Assembly: GCF_036321535.1 (NCBI RefSeq)
Contig: NC_087437.1
Location: 98,396,001 to 98,460,000, forward strand
Length of the DNA stretch: 64,000 nucleotides
Reading direction: 5' to 3'
DNA from: Camelus dromedarius
Taxonomy: Eukaryota
A model generated the notes under the pieces. The model ran no database searches, had not been told where the DNA came from, and saw nothing but the letters and a program-made list of their open reading frames with translations. The position numbers and the translations under genes were made by a program. Below, in pieces: positions 13,021-25,960 of this stretch. The number at the start of each line of letters is the position of its first letter. Position 1 is the stretch's first letter.

Positions 13021-14865
13021 TCAGCCAAGTTTCTTAACCCTTTTTTCCCCCTCTTTCCCATTGTCACTGGGGCAGGAGGAAGGCACTCGGGTCCCGGCGG
13101 CTCGCGGGAGCTGAGGAGCCCCCTCGATTTGGTGATTTTCCTCCTCGCCCGCTCCGGACGGCCAGGCGGGGGCCGCAGGGCCCCTGGGCGGCAGGAGGCC
13201 CGCGGCGGCGAGGCGAAGCGGTTGCTCCACGCGCCGGAGCCGTCCCCCGCGGCTCTCGGCTCTGTCCAGCCGCCCCCCGACCGCCAAAGGCACCCAGACA
13301 GCTTTTCCCGGGGCCCAGGGGCTCGATCTCATTACCCGGGCCGAAGGCTCGCCTTGGGGGCACAGCCGGGGTTCGGTGCGTCCCGGGTTCCCTCCTGGGT
13401 GCCGGCGGCTTAGGGTCCCCCTCCTCCCATTTGACCCCACGACACGTTTCCCCTGGGCCCCCTCTCGCCCACCCCCAACTTCCACCACCTTGTAATCTGT
13501 GTGTCTCGCTTTAATCTTGGCGGGGGGAGGGGGGGCAAGGGCACTAACTGCAGGTCACTTTGACCTTACGCCCAGCACATAGGAGGCACCCAGGAATACA
13601 TGTGGAGCGACTCCGAGAGGAAGACTGGGAAGGAGACCTGAGGAGTGCCCCGGTCAGCTCCTCGGATGGACGGAGGACCCAGGAGCAGGGTTAATCTTCA
13701 GCTGCTTTGTCACTGCGAAGTCTCCAGCCGGAGTCTGTCAGCAAATCTACATCATCCCCGGGAAGAATCTGACCCTACGAGACGAGGCGAAAGGAACGGG
13801 GCTGCCACTTCTTCGGCAGCTCTCCTCAGTTCCGTCTCCGAATAAGAAATAACAATTACATCACGAGGCCAGGGCGGCAGCTCTGTGGAGACTCTCGGTT
13901 TCCTTCAGCCTAATCTCGCTGAACCCGCCTCTAAATTTGGGGGAGGGGGGATATGGATTGGTGAAGAAAGCGGAGGGAGGAGAGAGTCAATAGGAAACCA
14001 TAATTTCCCCCTTCTCCCTGTGTTTGCTGTTTTAAAATCGTATCCTCAACGCTCCCCAAACATCTAACTAGAACTATTAACACCCCCTCAACACCTCCCC
14101 AGATGTCAGGTTTCTTTTTGACTCTAGCATCTAGCATTTAGTAACTCGCCATGAAAAAAAAAAAAATTACCAGGGGAAATGAGTACCGTTGCTGAAATTG
14201 TTTTTTGCTTGCTGCAAAAACGCTGAAGTACAGCTTAGCCTCACTTTAAACTCCGAAATGGCATGCCTGTGTTAAAATACTTATTACACAAGTGAGTGGA
14301 TGAGGCACTCCATCCTCATACGTAGATTTTCACGTCCTTAAGAATTCGATAGCATTTGAAAATAAGAGTTAATAGTGCACTTGAAAAAAAAACTATCGGA
14401 GTCATAAAGCAGTGTTCTATGCCTGTTATGTAATGGCTGTGTTGTGCATTTAGAATGTCATTTAACCTGTACAAATATGAATGAGCATTTTGGAATACCT
14501 TTATAATCTTAAAAGTGAAAGTAATTTTTCAAATTAATGTTTAATAAAGCTCCTAGCACAGTGCTGGGCACAGGGTAGGAATATTTTTCTTAATGGTGAT
14601 GGTGGATTAGAACAATTTTAGAACGATTATTTTACATCACCCTAGTAATTCAACTGTGCAATCTGTTGCCATCTTATATAGCTTAAACCTCATATGATAG
14701 CTTATCATTTGCATATAACATTGTTTGAAATCTGCTCAAGGCAACTTAGTAAAGTCTGCTGTTCTATAGCACAACATTTATCCAGGATTGATGCAAAGCC
14801 AACTGCTCCAATTAAGTGATGATCAGCATAATTGGAGTTGGCCCTTTAAGGAGTGAAACTTCTTC

Positions 14866-14898
14866 AAACAAACAAACAAACAAACAAACAAACAAACA
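14866..14898. repeat. (CAAA)n microsatellite
   Basis: About 8 tandem units. Confidence 0.95.
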
Positions 14899-16099
14899 CT
14901 TTTTTAACTGTTATCCAAGTATTTTCTAAACTGTATTATAAATGTTTCTGTTTTCTTGAACAGTTTATTTGAATTTTACTTGAAAATTCAGGGTTAATTT
15001 TATTTAAAGTTATAGTGGATTTACTAAATACATCAAGTTCCTACTCTCTATCAGGCTTCTCCCTAGGTGTTAGGGACGCTCCCAGGAGGTATATAAACCA
15101 TCAGTCCCTGTGCTGAAGGACTCCAGGATACTATGCCTGAGCGATTATCTCTACCTTTTGTAGGTTCTCTCTCTCCCCATTCCCTAACTAGCAATCTGTT
15201 GTCTTTTCTCTCTTTTGCCAGCGAGCCTGCCTCCAACATTCTCCTTCTCTTCTGACTGGCAGCTTTTAGTCTGGTGCAGACTGAGAATCTAGGTAGCCTC
15301 GCTTGCCGCAATTCAGTCTAAAGTAAAACTAAATGCACTTACCAAGGAGTAAGGCACACGAAACTAAGTGCATAGACTTTGTGATAGATGGACTACTCAA
15401 ATGTTGCTTTGAAAAGCATTCTTTTTGCTTCCTAACTGGGTGTTAGATCACTGCAGTTGGTAGATAAAAACCTCCTACTAAGTAAGTTTACACAATTAAC
15501 CCAACAAGTCAAGTATTGGTCCTGCCCTCCAACACTAGTGTTAAAAAGTCTACTGCAATATGTTAGATGACTTAATAAAGACGCTCACTTCGTTATTAAT
15601 CTACTGTCTCAACCCCACAGAAATCCAGTTATTTAAATCCTGAGCTCTTTTTAATAGTGCATTAGTGTTAAGTAAATTGCACACCTTTGGTGGAATTCAT
15701 TTTTACTTAATCATTCTAATTGTGTTGGGGCTGTTTTGTTGTTGTTCTTTGTTTTTCAAAAATCAATACCTAAATTTCCTGGCTAAGAGAGTCATTGCAA
15801 GGATACTGGGGCATATATGTAATATAAGAATGCCTATTCAGTAATTTGTATTTTGAAGACAACTCTTATTTTAATAGATCGTGGTGTGAAAAAGATGCCC
15901 TTGAGCTTATATAGTTAAACACAAAAGTGTTTTTACAAACCCAGGATTCCTATGGGATCAGATACTTACAGTTCAGCCTCAGTTTGTTTACCCACCACAA
16001 AGAAGTCTGGGAGAGGCATGCTTATCACGTGCTCCCTGAGTCTCTCCTGTTACAGCATTTTTCACACCCGTTGGTGACTGGATGTTTCCTTATCTATGT

Positions 16100-16400
16100 C
16101 CCATTCTCAATGCAAGCTCTAGGGCACAGGGTCTCTCGTTTACGTTTGGATAACTCCACCACCTATTCCTGTGCTCAGCAAACAGGAGGCATTCTGTAGA
16201 TACTGGGCAAGATACAGACATAGTCTAGAGGACAGACTCTTTATTTCCACTTAGGGTAGTGATGTGGGATGAGGGAGTTCAGAGAAAACTTTACGGAGAA
16301 AATAACGCTTCAACTGGCCATTAAAAGGTGAGAAGAATTTACCAAGTAAGCAAAGTGGGAAAGGGGTTCTCAAGAGACTGTTTAACAGTAGCAAGGTGTG
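16100..16400. mobile_element. Degenerate L2 fragments in opposite orientations
   Basis: aatgcaagctctagggcacagggtc (L2 3' end, +) followed by gagttcagagaaaactttacggag...aagaatttaccaag (L2, -). Confidence 0.45.
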
Positions 16401-16545
16401 AAGAAATCAAAAATATACATTGAGAAGTACTGAACCCACATTGTAGACTAGGAACTAGTGACTAATGAACTATGACAGCTGACAGAAATATATACAGACA
16501 TAATTCCAGTGTAACTACACTGTTATAGTCCCTCTGCCTTTAGAG

Positions 16546-16856
16546 GAGCCCTGTCCAATAAAAATAAATGTGAGATATACATGTACTTTTAAAATTTTCT
16601 AGTAGCCACATTTTAAAAATACAAAAAAATAGGGAAAATTAATTTTAATAATATTTAACCCCATATATAAAAATACTATTTCAATGTGTACACAACATAA
16701 ACATTTTTCATTAGATATTTTACATTTTTTCATTCACACTAGGTTTCCAGAATCCAGTGTGGGTTTTACACCCCCAGCACATCCTGATTTGGACTGGTCA
16801 CCTTCAAGTGCTTAATAGCCACCTGTGACTGTTGGCTCCCATATGGGATTATGTAG
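16546..16856. mobile_element. MER33 hAT-Charlie non-autonomous DNA transposon, near full length
   Basis: ctgtccaata...ttttctagtagccacatt...ttcaagtgcttaatagccac matches recalled MER33. Flanked by an 8-bp TSD ctttagag (16538-16545) / ctctagag (16857-16864). Confidence 0.85.
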
Positions 16857-17984
16857 CTCTAGAGGATAGATGAAATCTTTCACAGTGCCGTTAAAGGAAA
16901 TTTTCTTCAGATGAAAATCTCAATCTTGTTAAATTTAAGATTTTGCGTTAACTACTGGTGTCTAGCTATGCTATGTTGTAAAGACCACTTTCTTGTGTCT
17001 GGGCTTTTATACCAATTACAGAATCAGCAAAGTTGACATTTGATGTTCTGTGTCTTCATTAACCATACCATAGTTACAACCACTTCTATTTCTATTAACT
17101 CTGGTGATGACTGTAAATGTGCACTGATTTTATAGCAGAAATAAAACACTATAAATTTGGGGTTGAATGAACTTAAAAAAAAAAAAAGTCTTGGAATTCA
17201 GGACTATCTCTCTGCTAGTTACTGTCAAGCATCTTCCTGCCTATAGAAGCCCAGGGTTTTGCTCTTCAGTTCTTCCATGCTCATTTGCTTATCAAAATCC
17301 ACCCTAGCTTTTGTTTGAGGTGCTCACCTGCCTGAAGCTGCAGCAGTAAGCATGTGCCCTGAGGACCGAGGAAGGACTGAAGTGGTAAAGTGAAGATGTT
17401 TATATATCCTGTCTGCAAGTTATTGTGCAGTTTTTTCTAATGAGATTGGAGCCCTTTTACTTTCGGTGGAGCACGAGTGCCAAGGACTGGCAAAACCAGG
17501 GCACTCAATTTTTACACTGAAATGAATCCTGAAAACTGGATCTTAAAAAAGAAAAGTCTGAAAATAATTGCATACAAACAGCTGAAAATGTGCAAGAAAA
17601 AGACAGATACTTTAATGACATGCAAATGTGGACAATGCCTTCTCATTCCCAAAACAAGGCAATGTCTAATATAGTGAAGGGGTCCAAAAAGCCAAGAAAT
17701 CCCAGTGAAGTTAAGGAAAACCTGTCAGTTTTGATAATACAACAGCATAATTTGTCCAAACAACTGAATGTAAATACTACCTGGAGCCCTATCATTTTAT
17801 GTAAGATAAAGCAATGGGTCGTGTAGAACTCATTTATTAAGCAGTCCTGTCATAAATGAATACAACATTTCTTTTTGGGATTTCACAAACATACATCCCT
17901 ATAATAAATCAATTGAGTAAAATATGATCCTAATAATTTTTAGAGATTTTATTCAGATAACCTTCAACTAAAGCAAAGTATGTA

Positions 17985-18331
17985 GGGTCAGCCCTCCATA
18001 TCTGCAGATTTCACATCCACAGATTCAACCAACTCTGAATGGAAAATATTCTGAAAAAAAAAATTCCCAGACAGTTTCAAAAAACAAAACTTGAACTTCT
18101 TGTTTGCCAGCAACTATTTACACAGCATTTAACATTGTATTTACAACTATTCAAATAGTATTTACGTTGCATTAGCTGTTATAAGTAATCTAGAGATTAA
18201 AGTTTAAAGGAGGATGTTCCTAGGTTATGTGCAAAATCTACTGCCATTTTATATGAGACTTGAGCATCTAAGGATTTTGGTTTCATGGGGGATCCTGGAA
18301 CCAATCCCCTGCAGATACCAAGGGCTGAATG
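17985..18331 (-). mobile_element. MER2/MER2B TcMar-Tigger non-autonomous DNA transposon
   Basis: Degenerate terminal inverted repeats (gtcagccctccatatctgcag / ctgcagataccaagggctgaatg), TA on both flanks, diagnostic taagtaatctagagat and cctggaaccaatcccc motifs. Confidence 0.85.
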
Positions 18332-18546
18332 TATCTGTTTTCTGAAATTATTAAGAATCTGCAGGGAAGAAAGCTATAAAGAAAACATGGTGTACACTTA
18401 CCAATTGTTTGACTCTCAAAAGACATAGACGTAGAATATGACAAATCTGTTTTAAAATTTTTAGTTTAAGAAACAAAATTCTTATGTAGTTCTTATATAG
18501 TTTATCTTTCCACAAGACCAAACTAAAATAACCTTCACCTTCAAGT

Positions 18547-18570
18547 ACACACACACACACACACACACAC
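18547..18570. repeat. (CA)n microsatellite
   Basis: About 12 units. Confidence 0.95.
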
Positions 18571-18584
18571 CCCCTAAGATTTCA

Positions 18585-19176
18585 CACAATTCAATGGAGA
18601 AAGAGTAGTCTTTTCACTAAATGATGCAGGGACAACTGGATGTCTTCACAGAAGAGGATGAAATATGACCATTTTTTCACACCATACACAAAAATTAACT
18701 CAAAATGGATCATAGACCTAAATGTAAGAATTAAACTATAAAACTCCTAGAAGGAAATATAGTAATAAATTTTTATGATCTTGATTAGGCAAAGCCTTCT
18801 TAGATACGACACCAAAAGCACAAGTGACAAAAGGAAAAATAAGTATATCAGATTTAATCAAATTAAAATCATTTGTGGTTCAATGGACACTATCAAGAAA
18901 ATGAAAAGACAACCCACAGAATAGGGGAAAACTTTTGCAAATCTTATACCCGACAAGAGACTTCTATCTAGAATATTTAAATATCTTACAACTCACTAAT
19001 GAAAAGACTTGTACTATGTTTTTTTAATGAGCAAAAGCTATGAATAGACATTTCTTCAAATAAGCTATACATTAAGCACACGGGAAGGTGCTCCATATCA
19101 TTAGCCATCCGGGAAATGCAAATTCCATATCTCTTCCCACTCACTAAGAATGGCTATGATGATAATAATAATAATG

Positions 19177-19224
<48 letters not shown>

Positions 19225-19930
19225 CAGATAAGAACAAGCATTGATGAGAAGGTAGAATAAGTGGAACCCTCATACACTGCTAGTGAAAATTTTAAATGTT
19301 ACAACCCCTTTGGGAGAAAGCCTGGCTGTTCCTCTAAAGGTTAAATACAGAGTTACCGTCTGACCCAGCAATTCCACTCCTAAGCATATACCCTAGAGAA
19401 ATGAAAGCTTTATCTCCCCACAACATATTGAACATTAATGTTTACACCTGTACTCTTCATAATATCAAAAAAGGGAAACAACCCAAATATCCATCAATCA
19501 GTGAATGGATAAACAAAATGTGGGATAGCCCTATAATGAAATACTACTCAGCAATAAAAAGGGGTTGAACTACTGATTCATGTTACAACATGAATGAACT
19601 GGAAAAGATTACACTGAGTAAAAGAATCTAGTAGCAAAAGACTACATGCTGTACGATTCCACTTAAATGAAATATTCATAATATGCAAACCTATAGAGAC
19701 AGAAAGTAAAGTGGTGATTACCTAGGGCTGGAGATGGGTTTGGGAAGAAATGGGGATTAACTGCTAATAGAATTTCTTTCTGGAGTGGTAAAAGTGTCCT
19801 AAAAGTGTCCTAACTTGATTGTCAAGACGTTTGCCCTACTCTGTGGATATACTAAAAACCACTGAGTTGTGTGGCATGTAAATTATATCTAAACAAAGTT
19901 GTATATTTTTTTAAAAAACAAAAATAAACA
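18585..19930 (+). mobile_element. 5'-truncated L1 (L1MB-like): end of ORF2 plus 3' UTR
   Basis: Decayed ORF2 motif IQWRKSSLFTK*CRDNW, aaaattaactcaaaatggatcatagacctaaatgtaag, tgacccagcaattccactcct, gtgaatggataaacaaaatgtgg, A-rich tail. Confidence 0.93.
19156..19222. repeat. (AAT)n microsatellite inside the L1
   Basis: About 22 units with GAT interruptions. Confidence 0.95.
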
Positions 19931-20216
19931 CTAAAGAACATTTCTATTTTCTCATTTTGAAAAAAGGATACTTGACACATATCAGAAAATAAAGTCTGTA
20001 AATGTTTTACAGAATGTTAGATTCAAAATTATTTTTGCTTGACATGCCAAAAATCAACAAAATTGCATATATGTGTGTGTGTGTCCCTAGAAAATTACAT
20101 GTTGGAAATTAACTTTGGATACTCTATGATTCTTAACTGACATAGTACAGTAAGGGTAAAGGATGGTTTTATCAGGATAGCCCAAGTGTCAGTAATTTAG
20201 TGTGCACCATGCTAAG

Positions 20217-20239
20217 AGTGTGTGTGTGTGTGTGTGTGT
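20217..20239. repeat. (TG)n microsatellite
   Basis: Seen directly. Confidence 0.9.
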
Positions 20240-20459
20240 ATTGTGTGGTCTTCCATCAATGCCAATATGGAATTCCAGAGGTGACCTAGGAAGAGAATCC
20301 TGGATAAATAGCATAACCCACAAAACTGGCTTATACCAGATACACAGTTCAATAATTTGCCGTAGTAACTACTCCTATATAGCTAAGTGATTTATTCTGT
20401 AGTTCAGTGTGTTATATTTATTAAAAGCCAAATACCAAGAAATCTAATTCCAGTTTCCA

Positions 20460-20905
20460 TCCGCTAGTAACTACATTTGGCTGCTGGTAACAGAGATAAG
20501 AACTAACAGTGACTCAATGAGTATAGAAGTTGATTTTTCTCCAATGTAAAAAAAAGTCCACCAATGCATTTTGGGGACTGGTTTGATGACACCATCGTCA
20601 TTAAGCACCCACATTGCTTCCATTCTGTCATTGTTAGCTCTTGGCTTTCATCCTAAAGTTTGCCTCATGATGTTAGTGGTTACTGGAGTTCCAGTCATCA
20701 AATCTGCATTCCAGGCAGGAAGAGTGTGGGTGGCCTGCCACCTTTTTAAAGAGTTTTCCCAAAAAGACAATCCAACACCTCCTGCTAACATCTAATTGAA
20801 TGTATCTGGAGGGAGTACGAGGTATGTAGTATATTAGCTAAAACTAATACTCAAATAAAAATCAAGATTTTGCTTCTAAGGAAGATGACACTTGGTATTG
20901 AGTGA
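20460..20905 (-). mobile_element. MaLR LTR (MLT1I/J-like)
   Basis: tttggctgctggtaacagag...aacagtgactcaa...ctggagttccagtcatcaaatctgcattccaggcaggaag resembles old MLT1 LTRs. Confidence 0.6.
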
Positions 20906-20906
20906 G

Positions 20907-21460
20907 TGTATTTGTTATCTCATGCTGCATAACAAATCATCACAAAAATTAGCAGCTTAAAACAAGAAATACTATCATCTCAAAGTTTCTGGTAGGTAGA
21001 GAATTCAGAAACAGCTTAGCTGGATTGTTTTCACACCAGGTTTCTCATGTGGTTGCAGTCAGGATATTGGCAGGGTCTGCAGTCATCTGAAGGCTTGCCT
21101 GGAGGTGGAAGATCCAATTTCAAGAAGACTCCCTCACAAGGCTGTTGGCCGGAGGCCTCAGTTCCTCACATGGCTGTTGGCTGGAGGCCTCCGGTCTTTG
21201 CTTCAGGAACCTCTCTGCAAGCTGCTTGAGTATCCCACCGATGTGGCTGCTACCTCCCCTCAGAACGAGCTATCTAGGAGAAAACAATGCTGAAGTCACA
21301 GGGTCCTTTATGACCCCGTTTCCTAGTTGATACAGGATACTTCCACTTAATTCTATCAATTAGAAGTGAGTCACTAAGTTAATTTCATTCCTAAGGGAAT
21401 AGTCATCTTGGAAGGAAGAGTATCAAATAATGTGTGCCCATAGTTTAAAACTGCCGTCGT
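20907..21460 (-). mobile_element. MaLR LTR (MLT1F-like)
   Basis: tgtatttgttatctcatgctgcataacaaat...agcagcttaaaacaa...gcagtcatctgaaggcttg...ggaggcctcagttcctcacatgg...agaagtgagtcactaag. Confidence 0.85.
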
Positions 21461-21699
21461 AGGCTATTAATAATTTTCTGTCATGATCTACCTCTTCGGT
21501 TTTCCAAACCAACACGCACACCTTTGTGTGTGTGTGTGTATTGTGTGGTCACTACCTCTCCAAAAGATCAAGACCTGAGTTTCTTTCTGATACTGCTGTT
21601 CAGTAACAGATACGTAGCCTTTTTTAAGAGGCCCAGACAGCAAACTAGTGGTAAACTAAAGATGTATTTTCAGCTGTCAGCACACTGAAAAGTTTTCAG

Positions 21700-22780
21700 T
21701 GATGTAGATGTAGATCCATAGAAATGGATCATCACAATAAACCTGCCCATTTGGAAAAGGGAAGAATGAGAAACATACATTAGTTGCCATTCCATGATAA
21801 TTATCAAAACCTACTGAACAAGAATAACCAGGACTCTCTGCCCTAGCATTGCAGGAAGTTCTTGTGTTGGAGTTCCTGTGTTCTTTCTCTTGAATGTTCT
21901 CCCTCGTGCCTTGTCCTCTGTTGCTCCTGGATCTTCCCTTGGGAGGTTCATCCTTGTCAATTTTGCTCAACAAACATATCTGGTTGTTGGCACAGGAGGT
22001 TGGCACAGGAGAAGAGGCCCTTCATGGAGACTTCATGAATTTTGAAATATTGGGGCACAGGGATTATTTTAAAGTTTTAACAATTCCAGATTGTTGCAGA
22101 CCAAGTGTGGGGTTTCTTTGGGAAGAGAATTCCTTCAAATACTTAGCAGACTTGATTTGTTTCCATTCTATTCCATGTACAAACCACCATAGCCAAAAGT
22201 CTTGCTCAGACATGGTTTTTGAGCCTGCAGACTCTCATCTTTTATTTACCGGGCTCTGTTCCCTGCCCATCCCTCTGGCCCTTAAATTAATGGTGGCTAC
22301 CTTGAGAGCATCTGAAATAATAGGCTTAGATGGGGAAGCAATATAATTCATCATCTCTTGCCAGCAATATCACTGCTGCTTTATGACAAAGCAAGAGCCT
22401 TACCTCTTGCTAAGACTGTAGTTTCATGGCTACAGTTTAAAACTTCTTCAAGTTCAAATACAAAAGCAGATGAGTTTTTTGACACTGCAGGGTCTAAATC
22501 ACTGGATTCTCCATCAGTGTAATTAGTGAGCATGGGCAGAGAACGCCTTCCTTAGCAAATCTTTGCTGCTTTCCACCCCTATGTCCGGAAGGTTTGTTTC
22601 TACTCTGACTTCATCTAATTCATAAGATTTTGCTAAAAGTAGCAAAAATGAGCCACCACTTACCAATACAATGAATTTGTTCTCCGGTTTCCCTGAACAT
22701 TATAGCCTCAGGCAGCAAACATCCTGCTTCTTAAGGTAAGCAATAACAGACTAATAAAATATTTGGCCACCACATTAAAA
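21700..22780 (-). mobile_element. Probable MLT1 internal sequence
   Basis: cccatttggaaaagggaagaatgag and gggtttctttgggaagagaattccttcaaatactt resemble recalled MLT1-int; lies among MLT1 LTRs. Confidence 0.4.
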
Positions 22781-22869
22781 CTAGACCCTCACTACTCACT
22801 ACCCAGCTGCTTCTACCAAATCAGTGTTACTTGTACTTTTCAGTATCTCTTTCCTGGTACCAATTACCA

Positions 22870-23372
22870 TGTAGGCTGTGGTGCTTGGTTTCAGAAAACA
22901 AAATTAACTTTTTCTGGTTTAAGTAGAAAAGGATTTAATATAATGTAATAGATAATCTACAAAATTTTTGCTGGGATCCAGGAATCAGGCTTAGAAGATA
23001 CATAGGAAAAATGTCCAGATATATAATGGGATAGCTAAATGGAAACTTCACTCATCACCTGCCACTTAAAACTAATGAAGATACAGACTGAATACTAGTC
23101 CTCCATGACAGTTCTATAGAAGAACCAAACACCTCAACCCCCTCACTTGCTAAAACAGCCTCATAGATTCTGTCTCATGATGTTCATATCCACACTTTTC
23201 TTGTCTTCTGTTGGTGCATCTGGTGGATGGAAACCATGTCACATGTGAAACTCTGCTTCACCTGAGTCTGAGAAATGCATATAACATTTAGCTTTCCAGT
23301 CTCTAGTAAACAGGAAAGCATGTTAGAAAGAGACAGAGTGGTGTTTAGTGTATTATTCTGCAGTATTTACCA
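22870..23372 (-). mobile_element. Old MaLR LTR (MLT1M/N/O-like)
   Basis: ctggtttaagtagaaaaggatttaat...ggtgcatctggtggatggaaaccatgtcacatgtg...gagtctgagaaatgc...tttagctttccagtctctag. Confidence 0.55.
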
Positions 23373-24559
23373 ATGTTCAAGGGGTTATTTCTGAGTTTTA
23401 ATTATATCTTAATTAATAAACTTAAATTTGAGGAAATCTTATTAGCATCTATAATCAAATTAATAAAGAGTGTGAATTATTTTGACCCAGTGTGGTTCCC
23501 ATTTGCTCTAGGGTTCTTTCCCTGTTTTGTTTTGTTGTTGTTGTATGTTGGCCTGCCTTTCTATTTTGAAGCCAGTAATAACATTTCAAAAATGTTTGAT
23601 GCATATCCCTTTATGCAGATGAATCGTTAACTGCTCAGTTCCACTCCCACCTTCTTCCATTCTACTTAATGTGGACCTCTTTGTTTCAAGTGGGCAAGAA
23701 CAAACTTATATGAATGCCTGAGGAATGGGACTGTTCGGTAATAAGAAAAAAAATCTCATCTGAAGCTGAAAGCAGGTCAAAATCAAGGGAGAATGTAAAG
23801 TCAAGTATCCAGTAGAGAGTAAGACCCAAAGTTTCTGAATCACATGAAGTATTTCAGGTTGTGAAATAAACAACTCATCCAAGAATGATTCCATTGGAGT
23901 AAATTTTGCATTAATCATATTTCATTGTATTCTAGCTCTCAGAAAGTTGATCAGCCACTGCTAACCAATATGCTATATCATGATCACGTTGGGATATAGA
24001 CAATGGACCCACTCTTGGAAAGATCATTTTGGTTTTAAGGAAGAGAGACATATGCAAATAACCTGAGAAAAAAGGAACTTCTAAGATGTAACATGTGTGG
24101 ACTCTAAGAAAATATTTTCCCATTAGTCCTCAGGAGACCATTGCCCTTGATCCTGGTGCTCTACCAGTAATGTGCCTTGTTCTCCATTTGTTCAGACTGT
24201 CTATTGGTTCAGTTCTCCAAAGAGAAAGGCTCATTAACTATCGACCAGCCAGTGGACGACTCCTTTTATAGACAAGTTCCACCCCTGGTCTATCAGACAG
24301 AGCCAATGAATGGAGATGAGGGCAAGTTCACTTAGTACAAAGGACTGACATTCCCAAGACTGTGAACAGGGCTGGTCAAACTAGAAGGGTAAGATGGGGT
24401 GTGGTAGATCAATAAACTAATGCTTCTGGGATAGTCATTATCTTTTACACCATGTAAATTAAGACTTGCAATATTGGAACAGCATCATTAATCTTATATA
24501 CAAATTGTCTACTTACAAATTAATGTGTGTGATTCTTATATACAAAATACATTAAGCAT

Positions 24560-24845
24560 ATTCATTCTTTCACCAATAATTTATTGATTGCCTACTAAGT
24601 AACCTGTGTTACACTGTATACAGTTCTCTTGATACCAAATGAAGAAACCATGGTTACTAGCTTTGTGACGCCCACAGGAAGGGGCAGCTAATATTTAGTT
24701 TGATATGTTCTTTAATAAAGATAAGATTAATATGTGTGTTATTGGAAAAGGAGGCAGTGGTTCATATTTTGGAAGTTCAAGGAAAGGCTTCTTCCTTTGG
24801 GAAATGATTATTGAAGTACATCATGAGCGATGAATTTACCAACAT
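24560..24845 (-). mobile_element. L2 fragment
   Basis: attcattctttcaccaataatttattgattgcctacta...aaggaaaggcttc. Confidence 0.6.
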
Positions 24846-25804
24846 GCTTTTTTTTCCCCTTATGGTCATCACCAATTAGCTTTTATAAAGCTACTTACTC
24901 TTAACATCCTGCCATCAAATCATACTTTGCAGGTGTTATTACCCTTCCAGAAAGCTTCATTGATTGTCAATGTGTCAATATTTATGGCCAGAATGGTATT
25001 TTACCAATTAAAAGCAGATTTGGATTTCTCCCATGGAATAAAATTTGTTTTTCTAATGCCAGATGCATTATACATCTTGCACGCACATCAGAACTTTTCA
25101 GGTTTCTTTGGTGAATGCTTGTTGTCATTTCTATGATCTCTTCCTTGGTATCAAGACCAGCCTTAAACAAAGTTGTAAAATGTGCCAACCTTACCTTTGG
25201 TGCCAATAAATGCCCTTTTTCTAACCCACTTTCAGTGCAACTTCATAGTAACATTGTATAATTTTGTAACAATTTTCTTTCCAGTCAAATAGACATGATG
25301 TTTTCTTATAAAATAGAATTTTAATCTTATATTTATTGGAAAAACACTTTTAAACTTATTTATATATAGATTAAAAAAATCTTTATCACTTTTATGTAGC
25401 GATAGAAGCAAAGTATAACTAAAATACATTCTTTAAGCTATTCCTAAAATGTTTTCACATTGTATCTATCTCCCAAAAGTCACTTTTTGACTCAGTCATT
25501 GGTGTCTATGTTTCTAAACACAGACATATTTAAATACATATTTAAAATACAATTTACTCTGTTTTGTTATCAGGAAGCACTGGAGATGTAGCATTTCCTG
25601 AAAGAGTGCTCCAGTATTACCTTTGAAATTTTTTTCCCAAGCTGCTGACCTCCATTGGGCATATTTTGATGTAGAAGCACTGGCAAATGACACCCACAGA
25701 CAGTTACTGTAAGATACATCCGCATGTCAAAGATGTAAAAATATCAAATGATGACTCAACGGTATATAACATAGAATCAAAGACATATGATATTACTTGA
25801 TAAC

Positions 25805-25960
25805 TTCCAAAGTGTTATTGCATACATTGTGTCTCTTGAGTATCATCATAATATTATAAGTCAGGTAGGCATTGCTTTTCATTTCACAAGTGAAGTACTG
25901 GGTGTTCCCCAAGTTAAATAACTTGCCTCAATGACAGAAGGCCAATGAGTAGAGTTGGTA
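25805..25960 (-). mobile_element. MIR SINE fragment
   Basis: catttcacaagtgaagtactggg...aagttaaataacttgcctcaatgacag is the reverse MIR core. Confidence 0.6.

Larger units (their letters stand above)
11890..13830. promoter_or_regulatory. CpG island promoter
   Basis: Abrupt shift from AT-rich, CpG-depleted DNA to very GC-rich, CpG-dense DNA with several GC boxes. The long overlapping Gly/Ala/Arg/Pro ORFs in most frames are typical of a CpG island. Confidence 0.95.

Noticed and set aside
11770..13488. Long ORFs of 235-383 aa in the CpG island
   Set aside because: They overlap in several frames on both strands, are low-complexity Gly/Ala/Arg/Pro, and several begin at non-ATG codons; expected from stop-codon scarcity in GC-rich DNA.
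21894..22346. 150-aa ORF
   Set aside because: Lies in probable MLT1-int sequence; no recognisable domain or splice context.
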